A stretch of DNA of 64,000 bases from Candidatus Nanohalarchaeota archaeon (lineage in GTDB: Archaea > Nanohalarchaeota > Nanosalinia > Nanosalinales > Nanosalinaceae): NCBI GenBank assembly GCA_022729235.1, contig JALDAJ010000001.1, positions 896,001-960,000 on the forward strand, given 5' to 3'. How positions within the stretch are numbered: the first letter of the stretch is position 1; each line of letters starts with the position of its first letter. Below the pieces are notes generated by a model, which did no database searches, was not told where the DNA came from, and worked only from the letters and a program-made list of their open reading frames with translations. Shown piece by piece: positions 56,520 to 64,000 of this stretch. A program made the translations under genes and the position numbers.

Positions 56520-57456
56520 ACCAGTAGGGATCTTTCCCGCACTCCCTACACCCATCACCGATGATGGATCGATCAATTACGAAGCAGCACAAAACCATAT
56601 AGAATTTCTCGAAGAGCAGGGCGTCCACGGGATAGTGCCCGCCGGGTGTACTGGACACGCCGCAACACTGGGAGACCAGGGAGAGGAAGTGTACGATGAA
56701 CACGTCGAGTTTGTTTCCCGTATCGCAGACATGACCTCGCTACCCATTATCGCAGGAGACGGCATGAACTCGACGGAACAGACGCTTGAGCTCGCATCCA
56801 GGATAGAGGAAGAGGCGGATATCGACGCCCACCTCGTGATCTCGCCTTACCAGAACTGTCCTCCACAGGACCTTATAGTCGAGCACTACCGTAGACTCGC
56901 GGAAGAACTTGAGAAACCGATTATCGCATACAACGTTCCGGGGCGGACAGGAAGGAACATCGAGGCAGAGACTACGCTGGAGCTGGCGAGGATTGATGGT
57001 GTAATAGGCATCAAGGAGGCGTCACTTGACTACCACCAGATACACAGGATAGGAAGGATGCTCCAGGCAGAAGGAATCGACGACTTCTATCTTGGTTCAG
57101 GCGACGACTCTGCGAACCACTTCGTCTTCGAGCAGGGCGGAAGTTTCGCGATTTCAGTATCCGGGAACGTACACCCTGAAGCAGTGGTGGAAGTATGGAG
57201 AGAAGGATACGAGAACCAGGACGCCGTAGCAGCTTACGAGAGAAACCAGGAACTTATGCCTTTACATGACGCGATGTTCCAGCCCGGCGAGAAAAACCCT
57301 ATCTCGGTACAGTATGCGTTGAATCTGGTAGGATTCGACTTTGGAACTCCGCGGGCACCGCTGGACAGGATGCCAAGGCAGGACGATGAATACAGTAACC
57401 AGGAAGAGTTGAGAAACGTACTTGATAGTTACTCCCTCCTTGATGCGGTACAGTGA
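56506..57456 (+). CDS. dapA: DapA-family (HTPA synthase-like) aldolase with divergent active site
   Basis: ALPTP, YNVPGRTG, GIKEAS and SGDD present; GCTGH and PYQN replace GTTGE and PYYN. Confidence 0.8.
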   Translation: MAEFEPVGIFPALPTPITDDGSINYEAAQNHIEFLEEQGVHGIVPAGCTGHAATLGDQGEEVYDEHVEFVSRIADMTSLPIIAGDGMNSTEQTLELASRIEEEADIDAHLVISPYQNCPPQDLIVEHYRRLAEELEKPIIAYNVPGRTGRNIEAETTLELARIDGVIGIKEASLDYHQIHRIGRMLQAEGIDDFYLGSGDDSANHFVFEQGGSFAISVSGNVHPEAVVEVWREGYENQDAVAAYERNQELMPLHDAMFQPGEKNPISVQYALNLVGFDFGTPRAPLDRMPRQDDEYSNQEELRNVLDSYSLLDAVQ

Positions 57457-57460
57457 TAGA

Positions 57461-58201
57461 ATGCTGAAAATAGCTGTTACCGGTGCAGAGGGCAGAATGG
57501 GGTCTGAGGTAAGGGATGCTATCGCGGAAAAAAGCGGCGTGCAGACAGTTCTGGCAGTTGACCAATCACCTACAGAAGCCGAAGACGAGGAGAACTTTCA
57601 GGAGCTTATAAGTGAACACAACGCGGATATAGTGATAGATTTCACCACCCCCGAAGCTACTCTTCGCTACGCCGAGATATGCGCTGGGGAAGAAGTACCC
57701 CTGGTTACCGGGACCACTGGCTTAAGCGAGGAAGAGTTTGAACAACTGGAGGAGCTCTCACTTGATACAGCGATACTCCACGCCTCGAACTTCTCACAGG
57801 GTATACAGGCGCTCAGGAACGCTCTTCAAGACGCCGTGTCATCACTCCCAGGATATGATATAGAGATAGTCGAGACCCACCATAACAGGAAAACTGACGC
57901 GCCGAGCGGGACCGCGAAGACGATACTGGAAGATGTACAGGCGCAGAGAGAGGTAGAATCGACGGTTCACGGCAGAGAAGGCGAACAGCCGAGAGATGAC
58001 GGAGAAATCGGTGTTCACGCGGTCCGGGCTGGTAATGTGAGAGGAGAGCACAGAGTGATAATCGCAGGAAATGATGAAGTTCTCTCTATCAACCACCGAT
58101 CCGAGTCCCGCCAGGTATTTGCACAGGGTGCTATAGAAGCAGCGGAATGGCTTGTAAAGCAGGATAAAGGATTCTACAGTTTCGAGGAAGTACTGGAATA
58201 G
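57461..58201 (+). CDS. dapB: 4-hydroxy-tetrahydrodipicolinate reductase
   Basis: GAEGRMG, IDFT, GTTG, NFS.G, ETHHNRK.DAPSGTA and FAQGA motifs. Confidence 0.95.
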   Translation: MLKIAVTGAEGRMGSEVRDAIAEKSGVQTVLAVDQSPTEAEDEENFQELISEHNADIVIDFTTPEATLRYAEICAGEEVPLVTGTTGLSEEEFEQLEELSLDTAILHASNFSQGIQALRNALQDAVSSLPGYDIEIVETHHNRKTDAPSGTAKTILEDVQAQREVESTVHGREGEQPRDDGEIGVHAVRAGNVRGEHRVIIAGNDEVLSINHRSESRQVFAQGAIEAAEWLVKQDKGFYSFEEVLE

Positions 58202-58603
58202 TCACGTGCTCCGGGTGTTGAGAACCGTAAATGTTGTCGTGTCGGAGACTCCATCTAGGGCTCTGATAGCGTCGAGAACACTGTTGACCTGCTGCATGCT
58301 CTCACGGGAAAACCGGACTATAAGATCGTACCCTCCAGCGACCTCGTATACCTCAAGACTTCCAGGCATCTCCTCGGAGAGACCGTTTATGTTCACATTG
58401 GGCTCGAGATCGACCATCACTACCGCTGATGCTTCATCAGATACCTCGACCGTAAATCTCTCTATCGCTCCTTCCTCCTTTAAACTTTCAACCCGGTTCC
58501 TGACGGTTCCCTCGGAGACCCCGAGTTCATCCGCTATATCGGTGTAGGGTGTCCGGGCGTCCTCTTTCAAAACATCCAGTATCTTTCGATCAGTCTCGTC
58601 CAT
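58202..58603 (-). CDS. Lrp/AsnC-family regulator (LysM-like)
   Basis: MD.TD..IL..L..DAR.PY..IA..LGVSEGTVR.R; EVAGGYD; divergent from lysW. Confidence 0.92.
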   Translation of the reverse strand: MDETDRKILDVLKEDARTPYTDIADELGVSEGTVRNRVESLKEEGAIERFTVEVSDEASAVVMVDLEPNVNINGLSEEMPGSLEVYEVAGGYDLIVRFSRESMQQVNSVLDAIRALDGVSDTTTFTVLNTRST

Positions 58604-58636
58604 ACAGTTACACTCTCACCCGACGGTTAAATATAT

Positions 58637-58649
58637 TTCGATTTTCGTA
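58637..58649. promoter_or_regulatory. LysM/Lrp-type operator between lrp and lysW
   Basis: TTCGATTTTCGTA. Confidence 0.7.
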
Positions 58650-58708
58650 ATAATATTAGAGAAGTTTTAAAATATTTGGACATATATCTTCGATTTACAG
58701 GTGATAAG

Positions 58709-58885
58709 ATGACAAATCAAACAGCAGAATGTGTTGAATGCGGTTCAAGCTTGGAAATCCCGGAAGATGTTGAAAGAGGCGAGATTATCGACTGCAGTAC
58801 GTGCGGAGCAGAACTGGAAGTAGTTGAAGAAGATCCGGTAGATATCGAGGAAGCTCCTGAACTCGAAGAGGACTGGGGGGAATAG
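58709..58885 (+). CDS. lysW: Amino-group carrier protein LysW
   Basis: CxxCG...GEIIDCxxCGAELEV and C-terminal EDWGE; SD AGGTGA. Confidence 0.97.
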   Translation: MTNQTAECVECGSSLEIPEDVERGEIIDCSTCGAELEVVEEDPVDIEEAPELEEDWGE

Positions 58886-58888
58886 ATT

Positions 58889-59746
58889 TTGCATATCGGA
58901 TTCCTTTACTCCCGTATAAGAAAGGACGAGAAGCTCCTCCTCAATGAATTACGAGACAGAGGTCACGAAGTGACCAAGATAGATATTAGAGAGCAGCAGT
59001 TCGGGCTTTCCGGACCTAAAGGAGATTCTGTGGATGTCAGCGATCTCGATATAATACTGAACCGGTGTATGTCGACGTCCCGGGGTATATACGCCACCAG
59101 GATGTACGAATCATACGGCGTAAAAGTTGTGAACAGCTCTGGCACAGCAGAAACCTGTGCAGACAAGGTCGAGACCAGCCTTACGTTAAAAGAAGCTGGA
59201 GTACCTACTCCCCGGACCGAGGTCGCATTCACAGAAGAAAGTGCGCTCGAGGTTATCGAGAGGTTCGGTTACCCATGTGTCGTGAAACCAGTCACAGGGT
59301 CGTGGGGAAGACTGCTTGCAAAGGTGGACAGCCGTCATTCAGCAGAGGCTGTTCTTGAACACAAGTCTACCCTTGGTCACTACGAGCACAGTATTTTCTA
59401 TATACAGGAGTTCGTAGAGAAACCCGGCCGCGACATAAGAGTACTCGCCGTCGACGGCGAACCTGTAGCTTCTATCGCGAGAAAGGCTGACCACTGGATA
59501 ACCAATACTTCACGCGGGGCAGAATCCGAACAGTTCGAACTGGACGAAGAAGCCAGGGAAATAGTCAGGGACGCAAACAACGCAGTTGGAGGAGGACTCC
59601 TGGGAATCGATCTCATGGAGACCGGTGACAGCTATACTGTCCACGAGGTAAACCACGGCACGGAGTTCAAGAACATACACCGCGTTACCGATGTCGATGT
59701 CCCTGCAGGTATAATTAACTGGATAGAGTCAGAGGTGGAAAGATGA
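58889..59746 (+). CDS. lysX: LysX/ArgX ATP-grasp ligase (LysW loading enzyme)
   Basis: R.DEK.L, KP..GSWGRL, FYIQE, HWITNT.RG and EVN..EFK motifs. Confidence 0.94.
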   Translation: MHIGFLYSRIRKDEKLLLNELRDRGHEVTKIDIREQQFGLSGPKGDSVDVSDLDIILNRCMSTSRGIYATRMYESYGVKVVNSSGTAETCADKVETSLTLKEAGVPTPRTEVAFTEESALEVIERFGYPCVVKPVTGSWGRLLAKVDSRHSAEAVLEHKSTLGHYEHSIFYIQEFVEKPGRDIRVLAVDGEPVASIARKADHWITNTSRGAESEQFELDEEAREIVRDANNAVGGGLLGIDLMETGDSYTVHEVNHGTEFKNIHRVTDVDVPAGIINWIESEVER

Positions 59747-60762
59747 GTGAGTACACCGCATCGATAATAGGCGGGAGCGGTTACACTGGAGGCGAACTAC
59801 TGAGAATACTCCGGAAACACCCTGACTTCGAAGCAGTCCAGACTACAAGCCGTAGTTACTCTGGTAGAAAGGTAGGCTCGATACACCCCGACCTGAGAGA
59901 TGCAGACCTGAGATTTTCAGAAGGTGAAGAACTCGAAGAGGTAGATGTGCTTTTCTCTGCAACGCCAAAAGGCGTGACGATGGAGAATATCGACAGGTAC
60001 AGGGCGGTGGCGGATAAGGTTGTAGACTTGAGCTCTGACTTCAGGCTTAACGATATAGACGCGTACCGTGAATGGTACGGAGAGCACGAACGACCAGACA
60101 TTATCCAGCAGTTCGAGTACGCACTGCCAGAAGTCAACCGGGAAAACCTCTCCAGTGCAGACCTCATCGCAGCAGGCGGGTGCAACGCGACAGCATCCAT
60201 TCTCGGTCTCTACCCGCTGAGAGAGATACTGTCGGAGGATATAAAGATCATAGTTGACGCAAAGGTCGGGTCGTCAGAGGGCGGTTCCGGTGGCGGAAGG
60301 TCGTCTTCGCATGCCGAAAGGTCGGGTATTATCCGTCCGTATGCACCCACAGAACACAGGCACGCCGCCGAGGTCAGCCAGGCAGTAGGTGTTGAAGCAG
60401 ACTTCACAGCCCACGCCGTGGAGATGGTGAGAGGTGCGTACGCGACGATTCACGTTATGCAGGATATTGAGAAAAAGGATATGTGGAAAAGGTTCAGGGA
60501 AGAATATGGGGAAGAACCCTTTGTACGGTTCACCTCAGGCTCCGGCATCTACAGGTATCCCCAGCCGAAGAACGTTGCAGGCACTAACTACGGCGAAATC
60601 GGTTTTGAGACAGGTGAAGGAAGGGTCGTGATTTTCTCGGCTATAGACAACCTGGTGAAAGGTTCAGCAGGACAGGCTGTCCAGGCAGTAAACATATCTC
60701 TCGGTCTCGAAGAGACTCGTGGTCTTGGATTTGAAGGTATACACCCCTCTGGAACGCCTTAA
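59743..60762 (+). CDS. lysY: LysW-aminoacyl-phosphate reductase LysY/ArgC
   Basis: GGSGYTGGEL, DLS.DFR, GCNATA, H.ER, HRH and DNLVKG.AGQA motifs. Confidence 0.92.
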   Translation: MSEYTASIIGGSGYTGGELLRILRKHPDFEAVQTTSRSYSGRKVGSIHPDLRDADLRFSEGEELEEVDVLFSATPKGVTMENIDRYRAVADKVVDLSSDFRLNDIDAYREWYGEHERPDIIQQFEYALPEVNRENLSSADLIAAGGCNATASILGLYPLREILSEDIKIIVDAKVGSSEGGSGGGRSSSHAERSGIIRPYAPTEHRHAAEVSQAVGVEADFTAHAVEMVRGAYATIHVMQDIEKKDMWKRFREEYGEEPFVRFTSGSGIYRYPQPKNVAGTNYGEIGFETGEGRVVIFSAIDNLVKGSAGQAVQAVNISLGLEETRGLGFEGIHPSGTP

Positions 60763-61772
60763 TCCGTTAGTTCTTCGACCAGGTTCTCAAGCACGCGGAC
60801 CGACTTTTCAAAATCTCCAAGGTCCAGCCGCTCACCAGGAGTGTGGTCCAGCTCAGAGTTGCCAGGACCATACGTGGCCATGGGGCAGTCCCAGACCTCT
60901 GCGTACCGGTTCATGTCGCAGGTCCCTGTCTTCCTGATCATCCGGGGCTCACCGCCTATATCCCTGATACCGGAGCGGAAGATACGTGCTATCTCGCTTC
61001 TTGGACTCTTCATAACGGGTGGCGTACTCCTTAACCATTCGATACTTCCGTTCTCCATGTGTTCCTCTATACGATTCTTCACATCCTCTATTTTCTCTGC
61101 TGGCGGTACACGTACCTGGAAACGGATACTTGCTCTGGTGGATAGTCCTTCTTCCTGTCCGCCATCGATAGATAGAGGTTTGACATTAACAGCTTCAAAA
61201 CCGTCTCCCGCGAACTCGTCTTCGATACGTGACCAGAAACTGACTGCTCTCTGTATCGCGTTCGGCTCGGGGCGCGAGGAATGGAAGAGTTCTTCCTCGA
61301 CACTGTACACCCCGACAATAGAACCTCTATACCCCAGTGCAATGCCATTCCAACCGGTCGGCTCGCCGTTTATCACGTAACCCGGCTCCTCCATGTCCTG
61401 GGTCAGGTACTCTGCGCCTTTCGAATCCGTCTCCTCTCTCACGACGCCGGCAAAGTCTGCTCCGGTATTCACCGCAACTACGGCCATCGTAGCGAGAGGT
61501 CCTTTTGCGTCGACACTCCCTCTGCCGTGTAAAGTACCGTCCTCAACCTTTACCTCAAGGTCGCCGGGAACGGTGTCGATGTGCGAGGTCAGGAGAACCT
61601 CGTTTCCCGGAGCCCGGACGTTTCCTACCCCATCTATCCAGACCTCTCTATCATTGTTTTCAAAGAACTCTACAAGCAGCTCCGCGCATTTTCTCTCCTC
61701 ACCAGATGGCGAAGGCGTATCAACCAGTTCTACAAGCAACTCTCTAGCCTCTTCTAGACCGACTTCACTCGT
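60759..61772 (-). CDS. lysK: LysW-amino acid hydrolase LysK/ArgE (M20)
   Basis: SPSGEE, SHIDTV, GRGSVDAKG, REE, GEP, KTGTCD and DHT; start either ACG at 61772 or TTG at 61739. Confidence 0.9.
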   Translation of the reverse strand, partial: TSEVGLEEARELLVELVDTPSPSGEERKCAELLVEFFENNDREVWIDGVGNVRAPGNEVLLTSHIDTVPGDLEVKVEDGTLHGRGSVDAKGPLATMAVVAVNTGADFAGVVREETDSKGAEYLTQDMEEPGYVINGEPTGWNGIALGYRGSIVGVYSVEEELFHSSRPEPNAIQRAVSFWSRIEDEFAGDGFEAVNVKPLSIDGGQEEGLSTRASIRFQVRVPPAEKIEDVKNRIEEHMENGSIEWLRSTPPVMKSPRSEIARIFRSGIRDIGGEPRMIRKTGTCDMNRYAEVWDCPMATYGPGNSELDHTPGERLDLGDFEKSVRVLENLVEELTD

Positions 61773-62901
61773 AATCCTCTATCACCTTCTCAAGCGCCTC
61801 AACGAACTTGTCGACGTGACCCTCTTCTATAGTTAGTGGCGGTAGAAGTCTGAGGACTGTCCTACCAGTCGGTAGCGCCAGAACGCCGTGCTCCAGCGCG
61901 AGATTCTTCAATACCTTGTTGGCATCCCTTCTTAATTCAACTCCGACCATCAGACCCTCTCCCCTCACATCTCTTATGAAGGAGTGCCTGTTTTCAAGTT
62001 CTTCCAGCCGAGACATCATGTAGCTCCCGACCTCAGAGGCATTCTCTACCAGACCCTCGTCTTCTATAACGGACAGAGTGGCTCTACCGGCGGCAGTCAC
62101 GGCAGGGCTGCCACTGAACGTCGATCCGTGAGGTCCCGCGTTTTCTGCTATCCAGTCCCTGCATATTGTGGCTCCTAGCGGGAAGCCTCCTGCAAGACCT
62201 TTCGCAACTGTGATTATATCGGGGGTTACCTCCACTGACTCACATCTCCACATCTCTCCTGTCCTGCCGAGACCTGTCTGTATCTCATCCAGTACAAGTA
62301 CCGCATCGTTCTCTTCAGTTATCTCTCTCGCTGTCTGCAGGTATTCCCGGGTCGCAGGGTGTAATCCGCCCTCTCCCTGGATGGGCTCCAGTATAACTGC
62401 TGCGGTATCCTCGTCAACCACCGCCTCTAGTTCTTCAATATCATTGTACCTTACAAACTCTGCATCGAGAAGTGGTTCAAATGGCTCCCTGTACTTTTTC
62501 TTCCACGTGGCGGATAGAGAACCTGCTGTCCTGCCGTGGAAACCTCTCTTCGCCGCCACTATCTTTGACCCTGTGGTCGCGCTCCTGGCAAACTTTAATG
62601 CTGCCTCGTTAGCCTCGGAACCGGAGTTCGATAGCCAGACGTTAGATAACCCCTCCGGCGCAGCTGATACCAGTTCCTCCTCGAAGCTCTTGCGGACGCT
62701 GTTGGGATAGGATGACTGGACGTAGATAAGTTCATCGAGCTGGTCTTTTACGGCTTCAACCACTTGGGGATGGTTGTGACCTGTTACAGTAACGGCGTAG
62801 CTCGCGCCGAAGTCCAGGTATTCTTCTCCGTTTTCGTCATAAAGATATGGACCGTCACCTTTCTCTACCTGTATCGGCTTCTTGTTGATTACAAATCCCA
62901 T
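61765..62901 (-). CDS. lysJ: LysW-semialdehyde aminotransferase LysJ/ArgD (class III PLP)
   Basis: SGSEANE, FHGRT, EPIQGEGG, DEIQTG.GRTG and AKGLAGG motifs. Confidence 0.93.
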   Translation of the reverse strand: MGFVINKKPIQVEKGDGPYLYDENGEEYLDFGASYAVTVTGHNHPQVVEAVKDQLDELIYVQSSYPNSVRKSFEEELVSAAPEGLSNVWLSNSGSEANEAALKFARSATTGSKIVAAKRGFHGRTAGSLSATWKKKYREPFEPLLDAEFVRYNDIEELEAVVDEDTAAVILEPIQGEGGLHPATREYLQTAREITEENDAVLVLDEIQTGLGRTGEMWRCESVEVTPDIITVAKGLAGGFPLGATICRDWIAENAGPHGSTFSGSPAVTAAGRATLSVIEDEGLVENASEVGSYMMSRLEELENRHSFIRDVRGEGLMVGVELRRDANKVLKNLALEHGVLALPTGRTVLRLLPPLTIEEGHVDKFVEALEKVIEDYE

Positions 62902-62902
62902 T

Positions 62903-63721
62903 CTAGACTGCTCCCGGAGTGAATCCTGTTCCGCGCCCTCCCAGCGCTTCTGTAACAGGTTTTTCTGTGTCTGCATCTGATATGGTTACCGATTCAGCGC
63001 CTTCCTCAAGCGCCTCGCCTGAGGCCATCACTTTCTTGGTCATAAAGCCTTCTGCTGCTTCCCGGGCACGTTCCATGTCTTCCGGGGTTTCAATGTCCTC
63101 TATAAGCGTGTCCATGTCCTCTGGATCCTCGAAAACACCGGGTACGTCAGTGATTATCACAAGATCTGCTTCCATCTCACCTGCTATAGCCGCTGCCGCC
63201 CTATCTCCGTCCGCGTTTACGGGGGTTCCGTCGTCAGCCAGCATAGGGAGAGAGATGACAGGCAGGTATTCCCTGTCCATAAGTGTGCGGAGTAAGTCCG
63301 TATTAACTTCTTCTACTTTCCCAGAGTGTTCTCCTCTTCTTATCTTTTTACGGCCGTTTTCCATAACCTTTACCGCGGACTTTCTCGGTCCAGTAAGCAG
63401 TGCCCCATCGACACCTGAAAGACCTACTGCGTTGACATCAAGATCCTGTAGCCGGGATGTGTAATCCACGTTAAGCTCCCCTGCCATGACCATGTTGAAA
63501 ACTTTCATCGTCTCTTCATCAGTAAAACGGCTTTTAACTCCACCCGGTGTCTCGACGTATTCCGGTTCTTCTCCCATAAGCTCAAGCACCTCATCGAGCC
63601 TGCCGGAACCCCCGTGCACTACTATTAACTCTCTACCACTTTCCCATAATCCTGCGATGTCTTCGATTACAGCTCCCATTTCTAAATCACTGGATCCACT
63701 TATTTTTACGACTACAGCCAT
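62903..63721 (-). CDS. lysZ: LysW-amino acid kinase LysZ/ArgB
   Basis: VVK.SG, VHGG, SRFTD, basic loop RK..GRKKIRR, N.DGDRAA and TDVPG. Confidence 0.93.
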   Translation of the reverse strand: MAVVVKISGSSDLEMGAVIEDIAGLWESGRELIVVHGGSGRLDEVLELMGEEPEYVETPGGVKSRFTDEETMKVFNMVMAGELNVDYTSRLQDLDVNAVGLSGVDGALLTGPRKSAVKVMENGRKKIRRGEHSGKVEEVNTDLLRTLMDREYLPVISLPMLADDGTPVNADGDRAAAAIAGEMEADLVIITDVPGVFEDPEDMDTLIEDIETPEDMERAREAAEGFMTKKVMASGEALEEGAESVTISDADTEKPVTEALGGRGTGFTPGAV

Positions 63722-63778
63722 ATTATATCACAGAAAACGTAAATTTATTATAAATACTCATAATTCTACTTGTTTTGA

Positions 63779-63791
63779 TTCGAATTTCGTA
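63779..63791. promoter_or_regulatory. LysM/Lrp-type operator between lysZ and the divergent next gene
   Basis: TTCGAATTTCGTA. Confidence 0.7.
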
Positions 63792-63849
63792 AGAAAAAGC
63801 CAGAACTCAGTAATATCAATATAAAAGTTTATCCGAGATCAAGTAGATT

Positions 63850-64000
63850 ATGGCGACCTCTACATCCACGCAGGACTACGATCTACAATCAGAACTGGAA
63901 GAACTGAGTGAGGAAAACCCTTATCCCGGTTACCAGGATTCCTGGTCCATGGGAGAGGATTTACTCGGCATATTCTCCCGCTCGATAGTAGGCACCTGGG
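63850..64000 (+). CDS. 5' part of an unidentified gene running off the window
   Basis: Open frame MATSTSTQDYDLQSELEELSEENPYPGYQDSW... after TATAAAA. Confidence 0.55.
   Translation, partial: MATSTSTQDYDLQSELEELSEENPYPGYQDSWSMGEDLLGIFSRSIVGTW

Overview
A 64-kb archaeal chromosomal segment with a strongly acidic proteome, dense gene packing, GGAGGTG/GGTGA Shine-Dalgarno sites and TATA-like promoters. This best fits an extreme halophile of the Nanohaloarchaeota (DPANN) type; the assignment is inferred from composition and gene content, not from a search. The left ~8.5 kb is a variable region of orphan genes, gene fragments and a NUMOD3/PD-(D/E)XK homing-endonuclease-like gene. The middle holds housekeeping genes: nrdR-nrdJ with tandem NrdR boxes, a PIN-ATPase, a CBS+HPF-like hibernation factor, nfo, sod, an MNT-HEPN toxin-antitoxin pair, pcm, glmS, class I LysRS, ferredoxin-GGR-uppS, mgtE and nfi. 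There are three tRNA genes: Trp(CCA) with a 102-nt intron, Leu(GAG) with a 76-nt intron, and Ala(GGC). The Trp and Leu genes each have a short duplication of one end next to them. The most striking feature is a ~10-kb island at 54.1-64 kb. It combines a second (class II) LysRS, a DUF5794-like membrane protein, an active-site-divergent DapA, a canonical DapB, a LysM-like Lrp regulator and a complete LysW carrier module (lysW, X, Y, Z, J, K). Every intergenic promoter region of the island carries the same 13-bp operator, TWCGAWWWTMGWA. This suggests one regulon and possibly a hybrid DAP/LysW-carrier lysine (or diaminopimelate) pathway; the chemistry is a hypothesis. All assignments come from motif recognition by eye; no database searches were run.
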